This document shows positions 9,337 through 18,374 of a stretch of DNA of 64,000 nt, one piece after another. The notes below the pieces were generated by a model. It had not been told where the DNA came from. It saw only the letters and a list, made by a program, of their open reading frames with translations, and ran no database searches. Within the stretch, counting starts at the first letter, position 1. The number at the start of each line of letters is the position of its first letter. The translations under genes were made by a program, and so were the position numbers. This DNA comes from a virus, in IMG/VR virus record IMGVR_UViG_3300037069_002825, positions 1-64,000 of that record. One strand, given 5' to 3'.

Positions 9337-10218
9337 ATGGAGACAGCATCGTTGCCGGAGACCACCGACGGTCTTCTGCCCACGCAGCCCGAGCCGCCCG
9401 AGACCGCCGCTGCGGCGACGCGCTCAAACAGCAAGCTCTTTGAGTGGAGTGGGTTCGTACACGTCGGCGACGGCGCGAACGAGTGCCCACAGCGCGAGGA
9501 GGGCGTTTGCGACGACCCCGACCACTTCCATGCCTGGGTGTGCCTGCCCAACCCGCTCCAGATCAGGGACATCGGCGACAAGGCGCGGGCGGCCAAGGCT
9601 CGCAAGATCCGCGCACTGAAAGACTCGGGCGACGGCGAGCGCGAGGAGAGTGACAGCTACATCACCCTTGAGGCGTCCATCGAAGAAGCGATCGAGACCG
9701 AACTGCCCATGGTCATCGGTGAGATCGTCGAGGAGCGCGCGGCCAAGGCGCTGGGGACGGTCTATCAGCAGCTCAAGGAAGAGGAGCGCTTCGAGGGCTA
9801 CGACCAGGACATCGAGGAGCTACGCCGTCAGGAGATCCTCCCGGAGGATCAGCGCGACGCCGACTACCCGCAGCTTGTCCTAACCGCTGATCGGTTCGAG
9901 GAGGCACTGAATCAGCGCCTGGAGGAGTTCCGCAAAGACGGCCGCCAATCGCTGGAGGGACTGAGCGCCGAAGAGATCGCGGCGCTGCTGCGCGCCAAGC
10001 GCATCCAGGAGATCGCGGGCGAGACCTTCCTCAATGCCTACTACACGTGGCAGATCTTCGTCGGCACGCGCAAGGTCTACCAGCACAACGCGCGAGTCTT
10101 CACGAACATCGGTGAATACAAGATGGCGGCGCCGGAGATCATCGATGCGCTGCGTGACAAAATCGCCGAACTGGAGAATCGTACAACGGGCCGGGACGGT
10201 GGTTCGGGAAACTCGTAA
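9337..10218 (+). CDS. Tail assembly chaperone (gpG-like)
   Basis: SD GGAGGAG; ends at slippery GGGAAAC; precedes tape measure. Confidence 0.75.
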   Translation: METASLPETTDGLLPTQPEPPETAAAATRSNSKLFEWSGFVHVGDGANECPQREEGVCDDPDHFHAWVCLPNPLQIRDIGDKARAAKARKIRALKDSGDGEREESDSYITLEASIEEAIETELPMVIGEIVEERAAKALGTVYQQLKEEERFEGYDQDIEELRRQEILPEDQRDADYPQLVLTADRFEEALNQRLEEFRKDGRQSLEGLSAEEIAALLRAKRIQEIAGETFLNAYYTWQIFVGTRKVYQHNARVFTNIGEYKMAAPEIIDALRDKIAELENRTTGRDGGSGNS

Positions 10219-10538
10219 CGGACGATGCGTGGCTCGGCGCCGTTCGTGTTGCTCGCGACGCCGGGGACATATCGTCCCTGTTCCCCTCCGGCTTCGATCG
10301 GCTGCTGGACCTGCCGTACACGATCTTCCAAGCGATCCAACGCGGGCTCTACTACGTCTCGTTCGACGAACTGCCCAAGGCGGAGCGACCACCGCGCTAC
10401 ATCTGGGAGGACAGCGACCGCATGGCCGAGCACTGGGAGCAGGTCGAGCGGATGCGCGAGGAACACAAGGAGGGTCGCCCCGACCTGAGCGGCATGCCGC
10501 AGAACGATCTGGTGAAGAACCTGTTGGTGAAAGGCTGA
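10206..10538 (+). CDS. -1 frameshift extension of the chaperone (gpGT-like)
   Basis: G GGA AAC at 10206-10212; -1 frame reads KLVTDDAWLGAVRVARD...LLVKG to TGA 10536-10538. Confidence 0.8.
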   Translation, partial: GKLVTDDAWLGAVRVARDAGDISSLFPSGFDRLLDLPYTIFQAIQRGLYYVSFDELPKAERPPRYIWEDSDRMAEHWEQVERMREEHKEGRPDLSGMPQNDLVKNLLVKG

Positions 10539-10541
10539 GTT

Positions 10542-13500
10542 GTGGCGATAAACTACGGTGAGTCCAGTGAAGGCTTCTCCGACTCCCTAGCGAAGCTGCG
10601 CGCCCAGGCAGCGGCGAAAGACACGCTGATCGCCAAGGAGACCGAGCGCGCCAAGGCCGAAGAGACCTCGACCCGAGCGGCCAACGAGAACACGGTCGCG
10701 CGCACGCGCACCGCCTCGGCGGCCAACGCACTCGTCGACACCATTGGCCGCTCGATCGAGATCGTCAACGCCGAGTCCGAGGCCGTCAGGGCGAACACGA
10801 CCGCGTGGCTGGCCAACGCCACAGCGCGCGGGAGTGCCATCGCTGCATCGCGCGGCGGATCGGCTGGCGGCGTAGCGTTGCCGCCGGGGCTAGCCGCCAA
10901 AGGCACACCTCTCGCATCAACGAGTGTCCTACCGAAAGGCTCCCCCAGTGGAGCGGCAGCAGCTGGAGCGAGCGCGGCGGCCGGCGCCGATCTGTCGGCC
11001 GTAGCCGAGCGCAACGCCGCGTCACTGGAGACGCTCGGCGCGCGACAGGCCGAGGTCAACGACCTGCTCAACCGCTCAGCAGCTGCCTACGCCGCCAGCT
11101 CAAACACGCTCCAGCAGCATGGCGCCCTCACCACCGAGTTCATCCAGGGCCTCGCTCGTGGCGAGGTTACGATCAAGGAGTTCGAGACGCAGATGGTCTC
11201 GACGATCGGCAAGTTTGGTGGATGGGCGGTGGCCGGCGGTCTGGTCTACGGTGCCTTCGACGCGGTGAAGGGGATTGGCGCGGGGATCTCCGCCACCCAG
11301 TCCGGCGTCGAGCAGCTCAAGCGGTCGCTCGGTGAAGGGGTGGATGAAAACAAGGCCGCCGCCGGCTTCCGACGCGTCGCACAGGAAGTGAACGTCTCGA
11401 TCCGCGAAGTCGCCGACGCTCAGTTCTACGCGGCACGCGCGTTTCAGAATCAGGACGAATCCCTGGCGGTGGCTAGCATCGCGCTCAAGGCCTACAAGCT
11501 CGACAACGTCGACACCCAGGAAGCGATCAAGACGTTCGGTGCGCTCAACGTCGCCTTCGGGCTCAACGCCTCGGGCGTGGGCGAAGTCTTCAACATCCTC
11601 GATGTCGGCCAGCTCAAATTCAACGCTCGGCTCAACCAGACGCTGCCGCAGATGGGACGTGCTGCCGCCTCCTTCCACAACGCCGGCGGTTCGGCAAAGG
11701 AACTGGCCGATCAGCTGATCGAGCTGAACCGTGCGACGGGTGGCGGGGGAGGCACGGGTGGTGGTAACCCGGCGACCGCCCTAATCAGAGAGCCCGCGAA
11801 CCTGACGAAGCCCGCGACCGAACAGGTGTTGCGTCAATACGGCTTCGACCCTCGCTTTGCCCAAAACAATGTGGGCGCGTTCAACCGGCAGGTGCAAGAG
11901 CGCGCGGCGCTAAAGCCCGGTGAGAAAGGCGCGCTTACTGACACCGATCTGCGTAACCTGGCCACGGCCGTGGGCGGCGGCTCGGCCCTCGGCCTGCGCT
12001 ATCTGCTCCCCCTGTTCGAGGCCGGGCGCACCGGGCTGGCCACGGCTGTCCCGGAGGCAACATCCAAAGCCAGCGGCTCCGCGCAGGAGGACCTCAACCA
12101 CAAGCTCGCGCAGTTCGACGAAGAGATCCACCGTCTCGGCGTTGACTTCGAAGTCGTCGGGTCGAAGCTCGCCAGCGCCGGCTTCGGCAAGGGGCTCAGC
12201 GACGTCGTCAACGTGCTCGGGCTCGTGCTGGAAGGGGCATCGCTCGTCGTCGAACCGCTGGTGCTGGTCGGCGAAACGCTGAACAATCTGCCGGGGCCGT
12301 TGCGGCTCCTGGTGGAGGGCCTCCTCGCGGTGAAGGGCGCAACGGCCATCTCGCGCTCGGGTCCGGGTGTGACGGCAACAGCCATCGGTGAGCAGGCTGG
12401 GCTCTCCTTCCTCGGCGGCAACTCCAAGGACCTGCTAGCGGTCCAGGCCACTCAGCGCGAATACATCGGCCGACTCCAGCAGTTGCGCGGGAGCGCGGCC
12501 AGCGCCTCTCTCAACGCCGGCCTGCGGGCGCAGACGGCTGGCAGCGCCCTCGCGGCCTTCCAGGCGCAAGCGCCCGCCGCAGGCGCGAGCGATGCCGAGC
12601 AGCTCGCCTACCAGCAGGAGCTGGCCAACCTCAACGCGAGGTTCATCACGACCAAAGATCTCCAGGTGGCGGCCAGCGAGAAGCTGCTCGCGATCGAAGC
12701 CGAACTGACCGCCAAGACGCAGCTGCTCAACACGCTGACCGACCGCAAGATCGCCGTCGAGGACCGCTTGGCGGCAGCCAGCGAGGCGGGCGTCTACTCG
12801 GCCCAGCGTGGCTTTCCGAACACGCTGCCCCTGGTTGCACCCAACCAGGCCGCCGCAGAGGCGGAGGCGGCCCGTGTGGGGGGCGCAGGGACCACAACAG
12901 CTGCCGCTGCGGCGGCGAGCGGCGCTGCGGCCACCGGAAGCGCAGCTCGGGACGTCTCGACGGCCTCGGCGGTCATCTCCGAGGAGAGCGTGGCCGCCGC
13001 CGGCTCGCTCTCGATCGTCGGCTCCGCACTGACGGGCGCGGGCTCCAAGATCGCGGCCCTTCCCGGTGGCCTGATATCCACCGCCAGCAGGCTGGGGAGC
13101 TTCATCGGCGGTCTCGGCGTGCTCGGGCAGGCGCTCCTCGCGTTCGTCGCCCTCGAAGGGATCGAGAAGTTCAGCGGGGAGAGCGAACGGTTTGCGCAGG
13201 GTTCCAACGCCATCGCGGCCCTCGAATCCCAGCCGACCACCGAAGCGGACCTCATCAGCAAAGTCCAGCAGGCCCGCAAGAACACGTTCAAGCCACAGTA
13301 CGCCAGCCAGACTCTCGGCGCGTCACTGATCGCCACGGCCGAGCACCCTGTGCGGGAAGCCGGGTCATTCGTCCATGACCTGAAAGCGGGCTTCGGGCTG
13401 CTGGGTGAAACTAGCAGTGAACAGTACGAAAAGGCACAGGCGCAGATAGCCAAACGTGAAACCCAGCGCAAGGCCGGCGCCTTCAAGAACCTCGGGACGA

Positions 13501-15377
13501 GTAATACACTCGGGTCAAGCGAAGTCGAAAACTACGTAGCGAGTTACGAATCCTACCTGACGGGCCTTCTCGAAGGTGGCAAAAACGCTGAAAAAGCCGG
13601 AACGGCGCTGGCCAAACAGAACAAACTCCTCACGGATCAGATCAAGCTGTTCGGCACTAAGGGGGGCCAGGGGCAGCAGCCGCTCCAGGAGCTGGGCCTA
13701 AGCGTAGGCCTCCAGGGTGCGAGGGCTACTGTCACTCAGAACCCCGTCGGGCTCGACGAGTACGCGCGCTTTGCCGACGAAGGACTCACGGCCATCACAA
13801 CGCTGGTCGCCGAAGAAGTCAAGCGCGGTGAGAAGACCGCGACGACCGCGACGGCACGCCAGGCGCTGATTGCTCACGCCAGGAGCACACTGAGCGGCTA
13901 CTACGCAAACGCTTACGGCAAGGCCACGGCGAATGTCAACGAAGAACTTGGCGACAAGCGCTCCGAACTGACGGACGTCACTCACCAGCTGAGCAAAGCG
14001 CAGCCTGGGAGTGGGCAGGCGAAAACGATTGAGGCGAACAAGAGCCGGATTGAAAGTGAAATCAAAGCTCGCGAAGCCGCCCTCAAGAGCCTAGCCGCTG
14101 CCTCTACTACGGCTGCCGAAAAGATCGAGGATCAGCTCCAGACCTCCCTGTCGGAAGTGTTCGCCAAGGAATCGGCGGAAATCAAATCCAAGACCAAACT
14201 TGGCGAATCGCAGCTGGGTGGCGCATCGCGAGCGAAGGAAGCGGTCGGCCTCACAGGGTTGGAAGAGGAGCTGGCGGCGGCACGCAAGCTAAAGGGACCG
14301 GAAGGTGAAGACAAGGTCCGGGAACTGGAAGCCGAAGTCAACAACGCTCGCAATAAGAAAACCACGGCCGGCCTGGACACGGTCAAGCGGCGTGCTGAAA
14401 AAGCGAAGGCCGAAGCGGGGCCGGGACAGACCGAACAAGCGCGCTCAGACCTCACCGCCGCCGAAACCGAAGCGGCGTACATCGACGCTCACGCGAAAGC
14501 CTTCGGCCCGGAAGAAGTGGAAAAAGCACAGACGGCTATCCTCAAAGCTAAGCGGGCGCTCGCGGAAGCCATCCGCACGGAAGCAAGTCAGCTGGGCAAA
14601 TTGCGCACGCAGATCGCGGAAGCCGAAGACGTCGGCAACAACCTCGCGCAGGCCTCCGACGCCGAAGCCGGCGCGATCGAAGCTGCCGCCCGGGCAGTGC
14701 TCCCGGCTGAAAAGCTCCAGGCCCAGCTCGACTTGATAAACGCGCAGAACAAGTCGCACAAAGCGCTCCAGGAACGAGTGAAAGCCGAAGGCGACCTACG
14801 AGCGTCGGAAACCACCAACCCCGTGCTCCAGGGCCAGATCGCTGTGCAGACGGCGCGGAAGGAGGTCGGGCTGGCGAAGGGGCCGGACGAAAGGATCACG
14901 GCCCAGACCGACCTGAACAAGGCACGCCAACAGGCGTCCCAGACACTGGTCACAACGCGCGAGGCCGAAATTCACTTCCACGAAGAAATGCGCGAAATCT
15001 CCAAGCAGCAGGCGATCCAACAGTACGAGGAACTACTCAAGGTCCAGCACCTATCCACTCAGACGCGGGATGACCTGCGTAGCAAAATCCGCTCGCTCCA
15101 GCTGGCGGCCAACAACAATCAGGTCTACGACCTCGCGCCCGGCTCGATCAAACTCCCAACAGCCTATGACGTGCGTCGTGCCGTGACCAACGCCACGCTG
15201 AGCGCCAATCCGGGGCACACTCTGGCTGTCGGCGGAACACAGGTCACGCAGAACAACACGATCAGCATCAACGTAAAGAACGCCAAAGACGCGGCCAGGG
15301 TCGGCTCGGAGATCGAACGAGTCACCGGCGCCTCGCTGCGCACGCGCGTTCGCAAGGCCGGACTGAGGGGAACCTGA
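10542..15377 (+). CDS. Tape measure protein
   Basis: 1611 aa, Ala-rich helical with hydrophobic stretches; follows the chaperones. Confidence 0.9.
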   Translation: MAINYGESSEGFSDSLAKLRAQAAAKDTLIAKETERAKAEETSTRAANENTVARTRTASAANALVDTIGRSIEIVNAESEAVRANTTAWLANATARGSAIAASRGGSAGGVALPPGLAAKGTPLASTSVLPKGSPSGAAAAGASAAAGADLSAVAERNAASLETLGARQAEVNDLLNRSAAAYAASSNTLQQHGALTTEFIQGLARGEVTIKEFETQMVSTIGKFGGWAVAGGLVYGAFDAVKGIGAGISATQSGVEQLKRSLGEGVDENKAAAGFRRVAQEVNVSIREVADAQFYAARAFQNQDESLAVASIALKAYKLDNVDTQEAIKTFGALNVAFGLNASGVGEVFNILDVGQLKFNARLNQTLPQMGRAAASFHNAGGSAKELADQLIELNRATGGGGGTGGGNPATALIREPANLTKPATEQVLRQYGFDPRFAQNNVGAFNRQVQERAALKPGEKGALTDTDLRNLATAVGGGSALGLRYLLPLFEAGRTGLATAVPEATSKASGSAQEDLNHKLAQFDEEIHRLGVDFEVVGSKLASAGFGKGLSDVVNVLGLVLEGASLVVEPLVLVGETLNNLPGPLRLLVEGLLAVKGATAISRSGPGVTATAIGEQAGLSFLGGNSKDLLAVQATQREYIGRLQQLRGSAASASLNAGLRAQTAGSALAAFQAQAPAAGASDAEQLAYQQELANLNARFITTKDLQVAASEKLLAIEAELTAKTQLLNTLTDRKIAVEDRLAAASEAGVYSAQRGFPNTLPLVAPNQAAAEAEAARVGGAGTTTAAAAAASGAAATGSAARDVSTASAVISEESVAAAGSLSIVGSALTGAGSKIAALPGGLISTASRLGSFIGGLGVLGQALLAFVALEGIEKFSGESERFAQGSNAIAALESQPTTEADLISKVQQARKNTFKPQYASQTLGASLIATAEHPVREAGSFVHDLKAGFGLLGETSSEQYEKAQAQIAKRETQRKAGAFKNLGTSNTLGSSEVENYVASYESYLTGLLEGGKNAEKAGTALAKQNKLLTDQIKLFGTKGGQGQQPLQELGLSVGLQGARATVTQNPVGLDEYARFADEGLTAITTLVAEEVKRGEKTATTATARQALIAHARSTLSGYYANAYGKATANVNEELGDKRSELTDVTHQLSKAQPGSGQAKTIEANKSRIESEIKAREAALKSLAAASTTAAEKIEDQLQTSLSEVFAKESAEIKSKTKLGESQLGGASRAKEAVGLTGLEEELAAARKLKGPEGEDKVRELEAEVNNARNKKTTAGLDTVKRRAEKAKAEAGPGQTEQARSDLTAAETEAAYIDAHAKAFGPEEVEKAQTAILKAKRALAEAIRTEASQLGKLRTQIAEAEDVGNNLAQASDAEAGAIEAAARAVLPAEKLQAQLDLINAQNKSHKALQERVKAEGDLRASETTNPVLQGQIAVQTARKEVGLAKGPDERITAQTDLNKARQQASQTLVTTREAEIHFHEEMREISKQQAIQQYEELLKVQHLSTQTRDDLRSKIRSLQLAANNNQVYDLAPGSIKLPTAYDVRRAVTNATLSANPGHTLAVGGTQVTQNNTISINVKNAKDAARVGSEIERVTGASLRTRVRKAGLRGT

Positions 15378-15856
15378 TGCCAGCGATAACACTCGGTGGC
15401 CATGTCTACGCACTCGAAGCGAACCGCAACTACTTCATCGACCCGAGTACCCTGGAAGTCTACAAATGGCACCTAAATCACCGACCCGATGGTGACAAGG
15501 GAACCGAGAAGAAACGGAACATCGAAGCGACGGCCAACTCCGGCAATGTGGGACTCATCCGGCAACAGTCCGACGACGAACCGCTGAGTCTCAAACGGGA
15601 AGGCGACATTCTCCACAGCGATCAGGAGATCGCGATGTGGCAGTGGTTCCAGCGCTGCAAGTCGCGCACCATCTACTTCGTCGAATTCAACGGTGACGCC
15701 TACGAGGTGCAGATCACCGACCTAAAGGTCGAACGACTGGGTGTTGTGGCGGTCACCGCCGCCGGGGGCAAACGCTACTACGCCAAGTACGACCTGGAGA
15801 TGACCGTCTACGCGATGCTGGCAGGGGTCCTCGCCGAAGCGGGCATCACACCGTGA
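15377..15856 (+). CDS. Distal tail protein-like
   Basis: Immediately after tape measure. Confidence 0.5.
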   Translation: MPAITLGGHVYALEANRNYFIDPSTLEVYKWHLNHRPDGDKGTEKKRNIEATANSGNVGLIRQQSDDEPLSLKREGDILHSDQEIAMWQWFQRCKSRTIYFVEFNGDAYEVQITDLKVERLGVVAVTAAGGKRYYAKYDLEMTVYAMLAGVLAEAGITP

Positions 15857-17895
15857 GCGTCTCCCCCGAACTGTATGCTCGCTGGCGATCCAAAGAGCAC
15901 GTCGGACCAGCCAAGCCGTCACTGCGCGTGACGGTGACAAGGGGCCTCATGGACAAGACCTACCGACCCTTCGAATTTATTGGCGGTGGCAGCGAGCGGT
16001 TTATGACGATCGTGAATGGTGAAAACGACGAACCGTGGCAGGGGTTCTGGCGTGCGACCGGCGAGCCCATCGAACTGCCGAATGTGCTGTCGGTGGTGTG
16101 GGACCAAGCTATGAAGGAGAAGGGCGCGCGGTCGGCCACCATTGAGATAGAGAACATCGTCTTCAAGGCCATAGCGGGGCCGGGCGGCGTCTTCCATCAG
16201 GTGAGTCGTGGCTATCTCTCTCCGACGCTTGGCGCCAGACTGCTGACGCGCCTTGCGCAGATCGACGAGGCCCAGAACGAATGGTACGAGATCCTCAACA
16301 ACGGTTATAAGATCGATGTCTACGAGGGCTACGGCGACCAGACGACGCGGACGTACAGCGGGCTGATAGACACCACCCAGCTTGAGACGCACCCCGATCG
16401 CATCACCATCAACTCGCGTTCGTTTTGGATGGTGTTCACCGACCAGCGGGTTATGGGCAGCAACAAGGCTCCGGAAATCATCTCCCCCCTGATCGTTGCG
16501 GACAGGGAGTCCACACTGGGAATCAAGCCTGTCGGCTCGACACCTGTCGCTTCGAGCACTGCGGCCGGTCGGAGCGTCCACGATATCGTGGCCAAAGACA
16601 ACAGCAAAAGCTGGCTCTCTAAGGGGCGCTCGGACGGAACTGGGACCGAGTGGGTGGAGATAGACCTGCCCCCCGGGTACTACGAGAACTTCTACCTTCG
16701 GCTGCCGTTCGCCGGCCAATCAATCCATGTCGGAGTCTTCGCGGGGGCGGGCAGCGACTGGAACGGCACGCTCGTGGGCGTAGACGAGTGGGTGGACGCG
16801 GGCAAAGGCAGCTTTGGCGGCGTACCCTTCACAAACTACTGGGGCGCAAGCAATGCCACGGGGGAGAAGCGGTCGCTGGGCGCACCCTTCCAGGCGGCAA
16901 AAGGGAGCAAACTGCGGGTCACGTTCTCCAAGCTGCCCTATCGCCCGGAATCGCACGACTACCGCGCCGGCTGCACACGGCTCGCAGCCTTCCTCTTTGG
17001 CACCGATTCGAAGCACCCACTCAACGGGCACGCCGGGGTGAACGCTAATCACTGGGTACTGATCGACGACCTTGCGGATATTGCCAAGCTGGTCTTCATG
17101 TGGGGCGGCTACCACGAGTGGGAGGTCGAGGATGTGGGTCTCTCCCTCTACTTCCCCATGTCATGGCAGCAGGACAAGTTCCTGATCGACATGATCGACG
17201 ACGCCCTCGCGCAATGCAACTGGGTGTGTTACGAGAAGAGTCCCTCGGCCAGCTCGGAAAGCCTGGGTGTCCCAGTGTTCGAGCACAATCGCGCCATGGA
17301 TAAGCCGGCCTCCAAAGGCATGCTCCAGATCACGGACGACGACATGATCGAGACGATCAACCCCACCTTCGATCTCTCGAACCTACCTTACGTCATCCGT
17401 GCGCGAGGTGCGGTCGACACTAAGAACGGCAACGAGTACGGTGAAGAACTGATCCGCCGCTATATGGCCACCTACTTCCCACCGTGGTCGGGCGCCGGGC
17501 CGCACATCACCGAGGCGGGCCGCGTGGCTGGCATAAGGCGTCACGACCTTTCGGTGAACGAAAAGCTCTTCTCTGACACGGAGTGCGAGTTTTACGCGCT
17601 GCTCATCGCCGAGCAATACGCGCTCGAAGCCTATAAAGCTCAGCTCCAGATCGCAGGCTACCCGGGAATCGAGATGAATCAGCAGGTATCGATCGTGAGT
17701 GACACGACGGGCATCAACTCGCGACTGCTGGTCGACAGCATTCACTCCGAGCACACCACTGGCCCCAAGGGCTCATGGAAGATGACGGTCGCCGGTTCGC
17801 TTCTCGACAACATCGACATGCAGCAGATTCGTGCCGACCTGTTCGAACGGGAAGCCGAAGTGCAGGCAGAGAAACGACTCAAGGAGCCCGTGTGA
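15853..17895 (+). CDS. Tail hub / baseplate protein with inserted beta-sandwich (discoidin-like) domain
   Basis: Synteny; ASS...D....W.S...EWVEIDL motif. Confidence 0.55.
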   Translation: MSVSPELYARWRSKEHVGPAKPSLRVTVTRGLMDKTYRPFEFIGGGSERFMTIVNGENDEPWQGFWRATGEPIELPNVLSVVWDQAMKEKGARSATIEIENIVFKAIAGPGGVFHQVSRGYLSPTLGARLLTRLAQIDEAQNEWYEILNNGYKIDVYEGYGDQTTRTYSGLIDTTQLETHPDRITINSRSFWMVFTDQRVMGSNKAPEIISPLIVADRESTLGIKPVGSTPVASSTAAGRSVHDIVAKDNSKSWLSKGRSDGTGTEWVEIDLPPGYYENFYLRLPFAGQSIHVGVFAGAGSDWNGTLVGVDEWVDAGKGSFGGVPFTNYWGASNATGEKRSLGAPFQAAKGSKLRVTFSKLPYRPESHDYRAGCTRLAAFLFGTDSKHPLNGHAGVNANHWVLIDDLADIAKLVFMWGGYHEWEVEDVGLSLYFPMSWQQDKFLIDMIDDALAQCNWVCYEKSPSASSESLGVPVFEHNRAMDKPASKGMLQITDDDMIETINPTFDLSNLPYVIRARGAVDTKNGNEYGEELIRRYMATYFPPWSGAGPHITEAGRVAGIRRHDLSVNEKLFSDTECEFYALLIAEQYALEAYKAQLQIAGYPGIEMNQQVSIVSDTTGINSRLLVDSIHSEHTTGPKGSWKMTVAGSLLDNIDMQQIRADLFEREAEVQAEKRLKEPV

Positions 17896-18374
17896 TGAGC
17901 GACGAGGGGCGCCCCGTCGGGCAGCTTGAGCGCGGTCTCGTCGGGCTCACGATCGATATACACCGCGAGAAGGACCAGCGCACCCGCAAGCTGGACGAGG
18001 TCGCGGGACACGAGATCGAGCAGCAGATCCGGGCGCCAATCAGCGGAACGGCGGGGACCGACTGGACCTTCATCGATCGCGGGTACGGCTTCCTTTATCC
18101 GTTCGTATGGCGCCCGATGCAGCGTGGCGCGCCGTTCAAGACGCCGCACTTTTCCTACGGGATAGAGCACGTGACCGGCTCGGACGAACTTGTGTTGGTC
18201 CAAGCGGCTATTGTGAAGTGGAATATCAACACGTCGAGCCTCGTTGTGGGCGCTCGGGTGAGGTTCAGCGCACAGGCACCGAACGCATCGTTGGTCCCGG
18301 CGTCGTTTAGTGCTGTCGTTCATCTGACCTTCCAGGGCTGGGCCGGCGAGACTGAGGAAGGGGAAGTGGTCTAA
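17895..18374 (+). CDS. Minor tail protein
   Basis: TGATG overlap, SD AAGGAG. Confidence 0.55.
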   Translation: MSDEGRPVGQLERGLVGLTIDIHREKDQRTRKLDEVAGHEIEQQIRAPISGTAGTDWTFIDRGYGFLYPFVWRPMQRGAPFKTPHFSYGIEHVTGSDELVLVQAAIVKWNINTSSLVVGARVRFSAQAPNASLVPASFSAVVHLTFQGWAGETEEGEVV

